Source: a virus (lineage: Duplodnaviria > Caudoviricetes). From it: DNA of 55,423 nucleotides. Of the stretch, positions 25,602-34,392 are shown one piece after another. Under the pieces are notes generated by a model that was not told the origin of the DNA, made no database searches, and worked only from the letters and a program-made list of their open reading frames with translations. The stretch spans positions 1 through 55,423 of IMG/VR virus record IMGVR_UViG_3300042892_000300; one strand, written 5' to 3'. The position numbers and the translations under genes were made by a program. How positions within the stretch are numbered: position 1 is the stretch's first letter; each line of letters opens with the position of its first letter.

Positions 25602-28600
25602 TCAGTACGAGAGGATGTCGAACGTGCGTTCGATGTCTTCCCGTCCAGCCTTAGGGACTGTACGCAGGGTGCGCTCCTTGGCGGGACGCTTTGCCTCCTT
25701 CAGTGCCCGGGCCGACCGGCCACGGAAGTCAGCGATCTGGAGACCAGTACCCTTGGCACCTTTGTTCCACTCGTCAACAGCAGACTCGATCTCTCGCGCT
25801 CCAGCATTGTCGCCTTCGATCTTGGCCTTGACCCACGCCGCACGGAACCCAGCCACAACATCTCTCTGGTAGTCTGTGACCCGGTTGCCGATCCGGATGA
25901 CGCTATACTGTTCAGCCGCCGCCGCTGGGTAGAACCCGAGCAGGCGCGCAGCGAGTACACCAGCCCCGATATCCTCGTCGACGATAGAACCCTTGCGGTT
26001 CACGATTGCGTCTGCCTTGGCGTATGCCACGGTGTCACCGACCGCTCGCATCATGGTGACAGGCGACTCACGCGCAAGGTCAACAAGACTGACCCGCTCA
26101 GAGAATGGAACACGCATCAGGTTGGCCAAGAAACCAGCGGACCCAATGAGCGCCGAGGGGGCTGGACCAGCGATGTCTGTTAGCTCTCGACCAACGTCGG
26201 CACCTGCGAGTAGGATACCTGAGCCGGGGATCACATTACCCAAGGACACGCGCCCGCCGATGTCTGCTGGCACAGCGCGGTTGACTAGACCCTGCATGAA
26301 GAAGGGTGACATACCCGGGAAGATGCCGTCGAGGAACTTGGCAATCTCCATGCGGATGCTGCCGGACTTGAACCCGAGAGCCTGAGCGAGCGTGTCGATC
26401 AGGTCTTCGAGGTCTTCAGCGAAGGGCAAACCCTGAAGGCCAGACAGCATCCACAAACTAGCCAGCATGGCGATCTTACCATTACGAGACAAGTTAGAGA
26501 ACAACTGGATCGAGGTCGTCGGGAAGACCTTGTACATATACAGGAACGACTGGATGCCAGAACGCCATGCAGGTGGGCGGTTAAGCACCGAGTACTCACC
26601 CATGGTGAGGTTCAAGGCTTCGACGGCGAACCGCCGCGCCGACTCGCTGGCCTTCTTGTCAGATACACCAGCCGATGTCTGTCGGTTGTACTCAAGGCGG
26701 TAGGCAGCGAGACCCAATGTGCGGCGTGACGCCTGCTCAGTGAGGTTGAACGGTAGCATCCACCCATCGATGAACTTGCGCAGGAACCCTGAAGATGTCT
26801 GGCCGCGCGCTGTGTTGAGCAGCGCGTTGGTCTGTGCGGGGATCATAGCGCCCTCGCGGATTTCCTGTGCGATGAACGCTGCCTCATGGGCCTTGAGTCC
26901 GTACCGGGCCTGAAGGTCGGTGCTCTTGGTGATCGCGTCGTAGAACTCAGCCGTGTTGGCCTTCAGGTTCGTCATACCAAGGGCACCAACCTGTCCCATT
27001 GCTACATGGAACGCAGCCACAGAGGGACCCATGCCGAAGCCGCCGCCGAACCCATTGCTGGGGTTGTAGCTGGCGAGGAACGGCAGTCCATTGGTGTACG
27101 CACTGATCAGGTTGAGTGCACCCGTAGCGATGGACCCGCCGAGTTGCATGATACTGGTGGTTGCCCGAACGCGCGCCGCGATCTTACCGGTTTCAAAGTT
27201 TGATTCAGTGACGCTGCGGTTGTCGTCGAGGAACGCCACGGTACGCGAAGCCTCATTGTAGAACTGGTTGGCCCGCTTCGGCTTACCCGCAGGATTGGTC
27301 TGCTCGTACATGAACCGGTACCGCTCATACTCACGGGTCGCCAAAGCACGTTCGTCAGGCGTCAGATTGGTATCCTCAGACATGGCTTTGAGGTCAGCCA
27401 GCAGCTTGGCATCACCGTTCCATAGGCGCTGAGTGGACTCCATCGACAGGTTCATCAGTTCGCCCAACTGCGGACGCATGATAACCTTGGAGATCGTGGA
27501 CGCGCGCGAGTCGATGTGCCGGGACACAGCACGGATGGCATCCGGGTCAGCACCCGGAGTGAACGCGCGAAGCAAACGATTGCGAGCCGTACTGTTCTGC
27601 CGGGTCAACGCCGTGACCACCTTCTCAACTTCTTTCGGTGTGAGCGTGATATCCAACTGGCGCAGGCCATAGGTAAACTCATTGAGGTTTAGTTCCGGCG
27701 GTCCAGCGATGGCGTCAAGGGATGTCTCTGGCACAGCGCGTAGCACCACGGTCTGCATGGTAAACTCATTGGCATCCGGGCTGTACGCCTCAACCTCATA
27801 GGTCTTGTCACCGAAGATATCGTTGATCCCCTTGGCAATGCCTTCAGCTTCGCTCTGCGCTTCGACCTGCGAATAGATCAGGCGCTCGCGGTACGCATCT
27901 GCAAGGCGCACAATCTTACCGGTCCGAGGGTTGGTAGCCTCGACGCGGACTTGGAACTGGCCTTCGCGCAGCAGCGGCGTATACCCAGTCGCGAGTGTGC
28001 GCCGGGTGTACAAGTCTGCGTCCGAGTTGGACACCTCCAACATCAGGATTTGTTTGATCCTATTCTGGATCGTGAACTTGTTACCCTCCCCGAGTTTCAG
28101 GCGAGCGCGGAACGCGCGAAGCTGGGCGACGATATCGTCAGCCGCCTTGCCTTCGAAGAAGGTAGCGACCGCCGCGAAGTCACTGTCCTTTCCACCAGCG
28201 GGGATAAGCGTCTTGTTGACCGCAATGATGAAGTCGTTGCCGGACCCCATGGCGTCGGCATTGAGCCGTGGGTATCCACGCTCATCGAAGGTGATGTCTG
28301 CTGTATAGATATCTTTGTAGGTCTTGATGATGCGGCGCAGCAGTTCACGCTCAGCACTGGTCAGTCGCTTGGTCTCGACAAGTTCATCGAACTGCTTGAA
28401 CGCGATCTTCTGGTCTTCGAACAAACTCTGATAACGCGCCCGCAGAAGCTGGAGTTCCACATCGTTGACGGTTGCGCGCAGGCTGGTGTAACCGCGCCAC
28501 TCGATGCTGTCCTCAGTAAGCCCGGGGATGCCAGCAAACTTCTCAGTGCGCATCGTACCATCGGGCAGCGGCACGGTATAGGAGAAACCATCTCTGGCCT

Positions 28601-31600
28601 GCGCAAGAGTGACCATACCCTGCTTAGTGAGCTTGTCGATCTCGGGCTGGTTCGGCGTCAATACGCCGTCCTTAAAGTCGTATAGCGGTGTGCCCTTGAG
28701 TGTGCGAAGGTCCGTGATCTTGGAGACAGCCAGTCGCTGAGCGTCATACATCAGCTTGCTGATCATCGCGGTCTGTTCGTCGGTCGTACCGAAGTACTTC
28801 CCGAACACTGCCGTGTTAAAGACCTCAGCGTTCCGCTCGTTGCTCGACACACGAATGCTGGAGGTGAGGTTCCTTGCGGCTTCCAACACTTCTTCCAACC
28901 GGTTCAACCCCGGGTTCAGGCGCGAACGAAAGTTGGCAAGACTCAGGAACTCAGCCTTGAGGCGGTCGAACCGGTCGATGTTGTCGCCGGTAAGCCCCTT
29001 GATGGCACCCCATGCAGCTTCGAAGTCGGTCGGTGTACCACCCACGGTATCACGCACCAGTTCGGCAGACTGGTTGTCAGAATAGAGATCACCCACCGTG
29101 GAGAAGCGCCCGGTTGATACATACCCGAGACCATGCTCAGTGTCGTAGAGATCGCCGAAGACCTTGGCCGCGTCGAAGATGCTGGGCTTGCCGGTCCGGA
29201 CGTAGGAGCGGGCGTGTTTCAGGGTGTAGCGCACCATCTCGTCGCCGAACTTAACACCCAACTTGTTGAGCGCACCCTTGATGGCGTTCCAGACCCGGGC
29301 CACGACGCTGGTGTCCAGCACAGCAGCAAAGTCCGACAGGTATTCTTCGACTGCCTCAGCGCGCGGCATCCCATTGGCCACGGCGACATCCACGTCGGCC
29401 TTGATGGCTGGGCTGGCGTTGTATATCGCATCCATGACAGCGTTGAACTGTGCCGCAGGGATGATCCCGCGCAGGCCGAAGTGCCCGATGGTCTCATGCG
29501 CGAGGACAAAGTTCAGGTGCTGCTCGTTGGCAATGCGGTCCGTGAAGATCACGACGTTGCCGTCGCCGAACGAGAAGCCCGCAGCTTCCGCCGTAGCGAA
29601 GTCACCCTCAGGGCGAGACGCGATAGCCTGCTGGTAGAGCTTCGGGTTCTTGGCCTTCATGTCCGCTTGGTTACGAAACACAGACATCTTTGGCTTGGTT
29701 ACCAACCGCGAAGTGAACCGCGTGATGGCCATACGCAGCTTGCCAACAGCAGGATCAGGACGATCTGGTGTGTTGAAGTCAGAGAGTTTGAACCTACCCT
29801 CCGGTGCTGGCGGCGTCAGTAAGCGTTCTACCCGACCGATTTGTTTCGGCTGCTGTGTCGCAGTCGCTGTCTTCCCTGTAGTCGTAGTCGTAGTCGTAGT
29901 CGTAGACGTTGCAAATGTCTTACCAGTTGCAGCCGTCTCATCAGGCAGTACAAACAGAGCGCCACCGTCCATCTGGTCAGCGTTGGCCTCCATGACATCG
30001 ACGATGACAGATTTCATCGTATTGATACAACCCGTACTGATCTTGTTATCAGTAGCATCAGCGTTTGTGATGCGGCCCAAGCGGTTCTGACCAGTGGCTT
30101 GCACGATCCCATGCATCGCTACAAATGCAGCACCACCAGTTGGAGCCTGACTCCACACTAAGCCACCTGTCTCCGGGTTGACCAGTGCGTAGAGGACACC
30201 ACCTTCGTATCCACCGCGCGCAATCCGCATAAGGCGGAACTTACCTGCTGGAGTCTTACTCCCTGCAACCGCTTCTTTGGTGTTAACGATTGTGTCGCCC
30301 GTGTCTTTACCAAATAGAGCCGACGTGCTCGACAGATGTTTGCCATTCTTGTCGAAGATATGGACCATACCCGCTGGCTTGTCGGCGATGATGAAGCCTT
30401 TACCAGTGCGGATCGCGCCCGGGGCCACAGTCTCATACACCCCAATCGCACGGTCAGACATGCTAGGACGTGCCGCTGTGGGTACACTCTTGCGTACCTG
30501 AGATGTTTCAGTCGCGCTGGCGACCTGATTGAGCGTAGCCGCGTTAGCCGCTGAGAACCGCGAAGTACCGATAGGGTTGACAACAACAGTGAATGCCACG
30601 ACGGCGACTACGAGTTTGCGTATGATAGGGCGCAGTGCGGCCTTGAGCGAGTCCAATCGAGACGGCTGTTTAATCGTGGCAATGGTATCGTTGACGAGGT
30701 TCTCGCGGACAGTGCCGTTGTATTCCGTCTCGTCGTAGGCTTCAGCAGCAGTCTGCTTCTCTTCAGTGGTGAGTGTTTTATCTACGAGTTTACCCACCTC
30801 AGCGGCTTCACGTTCGAGACGCGGGGCTTCTACCGGAGTGCTGCCGGGTTTCTCAGTAGAGACAACGCTATAGATCGGCTTGCCAAATACCTCAGCGACG
30901 GGCTGCATGTTGGCTTTGCCGTCAGCAGTGAAGTAGCTGCGCAGTGGGTAGCCATTGACGATAGCGTCCCGGTCAGCCTCGTTCACCGTGGTATAGAACT
31001 GCTCCAGTGCTGCCGGAAGATTGGCGTATGTCTCCCTGCCGCTGCCAGCTTGTGAGAAGGTGAACGGCTTGTCGAGGCTGGATGTCTTCAAGTTACCGTT
31101 GATCAGCGCCGTCACCTTGGACAGCGAGACGTTGGATGCCAGCAGCTTTGAGTCTGGTTTTGGTGCCTTGGTCTGGGCAGGTTCGACCTTAACCGCGAAG
31201 GCTTCAGTCGCGGCCTCACGGATCGCGTCGTCTTTGAGACGCGCGATGTCACTGACGTTACCTCGGCCAGTGGTGATCGAACTAACGAGGTCATTGTCCA
31301 CAGCAAACTGGAGCCATGGGCGTGGCGAACCATCTTTGCTAGACGCCGAGAGTTCTTCACTCTTCGCCAGACTGTTGGCCAGTTCAACGAACTGATCCTC
31401 GATAGTCTTACCCACACCATCTTCGGGAAACGTCACCTCGATGAATGCTCGGGCCTTGTCCGTGGCGTTCTTGGCAGCAGCACCAGTACCGGGTTCAGAG
31501 AAGTATGCGACCTCGACGAGATCATACACAGCCTCCTCGATGTCGGCCTTTGATTTGCCGGTCTCAACGTAGTCGATGGCGCTGTCCACCTGCTCACCGA

Positions 31601-34064
31601 ATGTAGGTAGCAGATCGCGTTCCTCCTTGGGGGAGCGACGAGTCTTCTTGGGTGCAGGTACAGCAGCCTTTACAGGCGGAACAACTTCTCGCGGTTTCGC
31701 CGGAACAGGTTCGACTTTGGTTTCTGCTTTTGCTTCGGACTTGGCGGTGCTTGCTCCGGCAGTTCCGCGTCCTCCGGCAGGTCGCTTGAGAGCTTCTCCG
31801 CTAGCTCCGGGTTGTTTTGCTGGAGGAACCTTAGCTGCTTCTGGCTTTTTAGCTGCACGGAGCTTTCCCCCCTTCGGTGGCGTCGGTGTCGGCGTGATGG
31901 CTCCAGTCACCACAGTGACCGGGGCAGTCTTAGTGAGACGGGCTGCGTTCTCTGCCTGTACCAGTTCCACACGGATGGTACGCAGATCGTCTTCGGTCAG
32001 TTCACCAACCGATGCCATGTTGAGGGCGTCGATCCACTGAGCTTGGATTTCGGGGAGAAACTTATCGAATGCCTTACGCCGACCGGGGCCAGTGGCGAGT
32101 GTGTTCCAAGCTGTCGTCGCCTGCTCAGGCGTCGTGCCAAGTTCGGGGCTAAGGATTGCTGTCTCAGCCGCCAACAACTCAGGCTGTATCTGCTGGAGTG
32201 TCTGACCTCTACGAAGTTCCACGGTCGGTACGCGCGCGGCTTCCTGCTGCGCAGCAACTGCCTGCTGTGCGGCGTCAAACGCTGCTTGACGTTCAGCAGT
32301 TACGGGTGCAGCCTCTGCGCGCTGTTGCATGGCGCGAAGAACTGGGTTGTCTGCGAGTGTACCTGTCGGAGCCGCAGGCTGGGCGAAGAAGCGCGGGGGT
32401 AGACCTGTCTCAAGCGGGAGCACGTCTTGGATTTGTGGACGTTCAGTCCCCTGTGCAAACGGCAACTCCATCTGCTGGTCGGTGCCAGCGACAGGTGCTT
32501 CGCCAAGACCAGCAACTGGAAACATCTCTCCTTGGGTTGGGGCAGCACCAACAGTGGGTAATGGTGCGACTCCTGTGCCTCCGGTGAGCGGTAGCTCCCC
32601 CTCAGGTGCGCTGTAGTCCGGTAGCCGCCCTTGTGGCGCGGGCAACGCCAATGTCGGAGGTGCCTCTGGAGCGGGCAGTGCGAGCGGAGGAGCGGGCAGA
32701 GCCAGCATCTGGTCCGGGTTACCACCCTGCAAGACATCCGCAGCCTTCTTGCCCTTCAGGTTTGCGAGGCCACCGAGAGGCCCGCCGACAGCGAAGCCAG
32801 CAGCGAACGAGTTGATGAGGCGCTGGACGTTCTCGGGCTTGGAGAAGTCCTGATCCGACAGACCCAGAAGCAGAGCCTCCTGACCTGCCTCTGTGGCACC
32901 TTCAGCAGCACCGCCAACGGCGGTACCCGTACCCACGCGACGAAGGAGTTCAGCACCACGACGGGGCAGGGACGTACCAGCAGCAATGGCTGCGCGACCA
33001 CCGGCACCGAAGAGGCGGCTGGCGAGAGCGAACTCAGGCAGCAAATCGAGAAAGGCATACGGCAGCGACCCGGCAACAGCCGTCAGTCGGGCACCCACAT
33101 CGTCAGCATCAGCACCCTGATCCCTGAGTTCTCCGTAGATGTCTGAAGCCCCAAGGGCCATACTGTTGGCGACATTCGCAGCCGTCGCACCCGTGATTGC
33201 CGCAGCATTCCGTAGTAGTTTAGCCTGAGCCGCGTCAAGAACCTCACCAGCGGCGCGCTTGCGGGCGGCTGCAAGCACAGAGTTCTTCCACGCGGTCTTA
33301 CCGACGAGACCAGCGACAGCACCACCAGCAGCAGCCAGCGGACCACCAGTGAAACCACCAGCTACGGCACCGGCAAGACCGGCACCCACGGACTCCAGCA
33401 GCATGGGACCCTGCTCGCCCAGCGTAGCGACGAACCAGTCGATGGCATCATCTCCGCTCTGGATGTCGGTGAACTGACGCGCGTAAGGCTCAGTCTTGCG
33501 GAGGTCTTCGACCTGCTGTGCGACGGTGCGACCACCGAACTCTTCGGCACCAAGAAGCTGAGCGCCGCGACCAGCGAGCATCTGGAGGGAGTCGATGCCT
33601 CGCCCGAACCCTTTACTGAACAACTCACCACGGCTGGGGTTCCGGATGATCTGAGTATATTGTGCGTAGGTGCCCGGGTCTAGCTGTCGGAACCCCGCAG
33701 GAAGCTGACCGACCGGAGCGCCACTCAGTGTGGCCTCAGCCTCAAGCGCAGCTTGGGCATCATCGGCAGTGAAGCGACGACCCTGCACATAGAGTTCATC
33801 TCCCGCTGCACTGACACCGATGACAGGCGTAGGCGCTCGCTGTGGTGGGGCCATGAGATCAGCGAGGGACGCTCGCGACCGGGAGAGAAATCCACCAGCA
33901 AGAGCAGCCTGATCAGCAGCCGAAGACCCGAGACTTCCTACACCAGTGGGACTACTGGCTGGCATGGATGGTGCTGTAGGTAGAAATGGATCAGCCGATA
34001 CTCCAGAGACCGCGCCAGTGAGGAAGGGGTCGTTATTGTAGCTCAGACCGGCTTTAGGTGCCAT
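25602..34064 (-). CDS. Giant internal virion/DNA-ejection polyvalent protein (about 2,820 aa) with L,D-transpeptidase, zincin and PLxRFG-like regions
   Basis: Last late gene; hydrophobic Gly/Ala N-terminal region, AMHG...ISTGCIN, LAHETIGH.G, YTPLLREG; ATG 34064 preferred over track start 34085. Confidence 0.8.
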   Translation of the reverse strand: MAPKAGLSYNNDPFLTGAVSGVSADPFLPTAPSMPASSPTGVGSLGSSAADQAALAGGFLSRSRASLADLMAPPQRAPTPVIGVSAAGDELYVQGRRFTADDAQAALEAEATLSGAPVGQLPAGFRQLDPGTYAQYTQIIRNPSRGELFSKGFGRGIDSLQMLAGRGAQLLGAEEFGGRTVAQQVEDLRKTEPYARQFTDIQSGDDAIDWFVATLGEQGPMLLESVGAGLAGAVAGGFTGGPLAAAGGAVAGLVGKTAWKNSVLAAARKRAAGEVLDAAQAKLLRNAAAITGATAANVANSMALGASDIYGELRDQGADADDVGARLTAVAGSLPYAFLDLLPEFALASRLFGAGGRAAIAAGTSLPRRGAELLRRVGTGTAVGGAAEGATEAGQEALLLGLSDQDFSKPENVQRLINSFAAGFAVGGPLGGLANLKGKKAADVLQGGNPDQMLALPAPPLALPAPEAPPTLALPAPQGRLPDYSAPEGELPLTGGTGVAPLPTVGAAPTQGEMFPVAGLGEAPVAGTDQQMELPFAQGTERPQIQDVLPLETGLPPRFFAQPAAPTGTLADNPVLRAMQQRAEAAPVTAERQAAFDAAQQAVAAQQEAARVPTVELRRGQTLQQIQPELLAAETAILSPELGTTPEQATTAWNTLATGPGRRKAFDKFLPEIQAQWIDALNMASVGELTEDDLRTIRVELVQAENAARLTKTAPVTVVTGAITPTPTPPKGGKLRAAKKPEAAKVPPAKQPGASGEALKRPAGGRGTAGASTAKSEAKAETKVEPVPAKPREVVPPVKAAVPAPKKTRRSPKEERDLLPTFGEQVDSAIDYVETGKSKADIEEAVYDLVEVAYFSEPGTGAAAKNATDKARAFIEVTFPEDGVGKTIEDQFVELANSLAKSEELSASSKDGSPRPWLQFAVDNDLVSSITTGRGNVSDIARLKDDAIREAATEAFAVKVEPAQTKAPKPDSKLLASNVSLSKVTALINGNLKTSSLDKPFTFSQAGSGRETYANLPAALEQFYTTVNEADRDAIVNGYPLRSYFTADGKANMQPVAEVFGKPIYSVVSTEKPGSTPVEAPRLEREAAEVGKLVDKTLTTEEKQTAAEAYDETEYNGTVRENLVNDTIATIKQPSRLDSLKAALRPIIRKLVVAVVAFTVVVNPIGTSRFSAANAATLNQVASATETSQVRKSVPTAARPSMSDRAIGVYETVAPGAIRTGKGFIIADKPAGMVHIFDKNGKHLSSTSALFGKDTGDTIVNTKEAVAGSKTPAGKFRLMRIARGGYEGGVLYALVNPETGGLVWSQAPTGGAAFVAMHGIVQATGQNRLGRITNADATDNKISTGCINTMKSVIVDVMEANADQMDGGALFVLPDETAATGKTFATSTTTTTTTTTGKTATATQQPKQIGRVERLLTPPAPEGRFKLSDFNTPDRPDPAVGKLRMAITRFTSRLVTKPKMSVFRNQADMKAKNPKLYQQAIASRPEGDFATAEAAGFSFGDGNVVIFTDRIANEQHLNFVLAHETIGHFGLRGIIPAAQFNAVMDAIYNASPAIKADVDVAVANGMPRAEAVEEYLSDFAAVLDTSVVARVWNAIKGALNKLGVKFGDEMVRYTLKHARSYVRTGKPSIFDAAKVFGDLYDTEHGLGYVSTGRFSTVGDLYSDNQSAELVRDTVGGTPTDFEAAWGAIKGLTGDNIDRFDRLKAEFLSLANFRSRLNPGLNRLEEVLEAARNLTSSIRVSSNERNAEVFNTAVFGKYFGTTDEQTAMISKLMYDAQRLAVSKITDLRTLKGTPLYDFKDGVLTPNQPEIDKLTKQGMVTLAQARDGFSYTVPLPDGTMRTEKFAGIPGLTEDSIEWRGYTSLRATVNDVELQLLRARYQSLFEDQKIAFKQFDELVETKRLTSAERELLRRIIKTYKDIYTADITFDERGYPRLNADAMGSGNDFIIAVNKTLIPAGGKDSDFAAVATFFEGKAADDIVAQLRAFRARLKLGEGNKFTIQNRIKQILMLEVSNSDADLYTRRTLATGYTPLLREGQFQVRVEATNPRTGKIVRLADAYRERLIYSQVEAQSEAEGIAKGINDIFGDKTYEVEAYSPDANEFTMQTVVLRAVPETSLDAIAGPPELNLNEFTYGLRQLDITLTPKEVEKVVTALTRQNSTARNRLLRAFTPGADPDAIRAVSRHIDSRASTISKVIMRPQLGELMNLSMESTQRLWNGDAKLLADLKAMSEDTNLTPDERALATREYERYRFMYEQTNPAGKPKRANQFYNEASRTVAFLDDNRSVTESNFETGKIAARVRATTSIMQLGGSIATGALNLISAYTNGLPFLASYNPSNGFGGGFGMGPSVAAFHVAMGQVGALGMTNLKANTAEFYDAITKSTDLQARYGLKAHEAAFIAQEIREGAMIPAQTNALLNTARGQTSSGFLRKFIDGWMLPFNLTEQASRRTLGLAAYRLEYNRQTSAGVSDKKASESARRFAVEALNLTMGEYSVLNRPPAWRSGIQSFLYMYKVFPTTSIQLFSNLSRNGKIAMLASLWMLSGLQGLPFAEDLEDLIDTLAQALGFKSGSIRMEIAKFLDGIFPGMSPFFMQGLVNRAVPADIGGRVSLGNVIPGSGILLAGADVGRELTDIAGPAPSALIGSAGFLANLMRVPFSERVSLVDLARESPVTMMRAVGDTVAYAKADAIVNRKGSIVDEDIGAGVLAARLLGFYPAAAAEQYSVIRIGNRVTDYQRDVVAGFRAAWVKAKIEGDNAGAREIESAVDEWNKGAKGTGLQIADFRGRSARALKEAKRPAKERTLRTVPKAGREDIERTFDILSY
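29878..29906. repeat. (GTAGTC)n microsatellite encoding a poly-Thr linker
   Basis: gtagtcgtagtcgtagtcgtagtcgtag. Confidence 0.85.
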
Positions 34065-34071
34065 GAGTTCT

Positions 34072-34392
34072 CTACCCTCTACCAATCACGACGTGCCAAT
34101 GGGGACCAGTAGCATAGCTGACGGGGTCGTTGACTTCGTCCCGCCCTTCAATAACCCGGTACCCTGCTTGTTGTATAGACCCAACGTAGTCCGCGAACGT
34201 CATGCCCGGGATAGGCGCAATGTCCACGGCGGCAGCGGTCTTGACGTGGTACGAGTCTGGGTTCTTCTGACCCAGCGCACTACCTGCTGCACGAGTAGTC
34301 TGTGTAATGCGAGCGCCCGGGAACAACTGCTTGATGACAGCCCCGCCATTGGCGACAGGCGTACCCGGTTCCTTGAAGCGCGTGGCGCTAGG
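34072..34392 (-). CDS. M15-family (Hedgehog/DD-peptidase fold) peptidoglycan peptidase domain; start uncertain, probably reached by +1 frameshift
   Basis: R...SYH......VD...GPHWHV zinc ligands; no in-frame ATG before the first zinc ligands; frame overlaps the end of 34388..36106. Confidence 0.7.
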   Translation of the reverse strand, partial: PSATRFKEPGTPVANGGAVIKQLFPGARITQTTRAAGSALGQKNPDSYHVKTAAAVDIAPIPGMTFADYVGSIQQAGYRVIEGRDEVNDPVSYATGPHWHVVIGRG

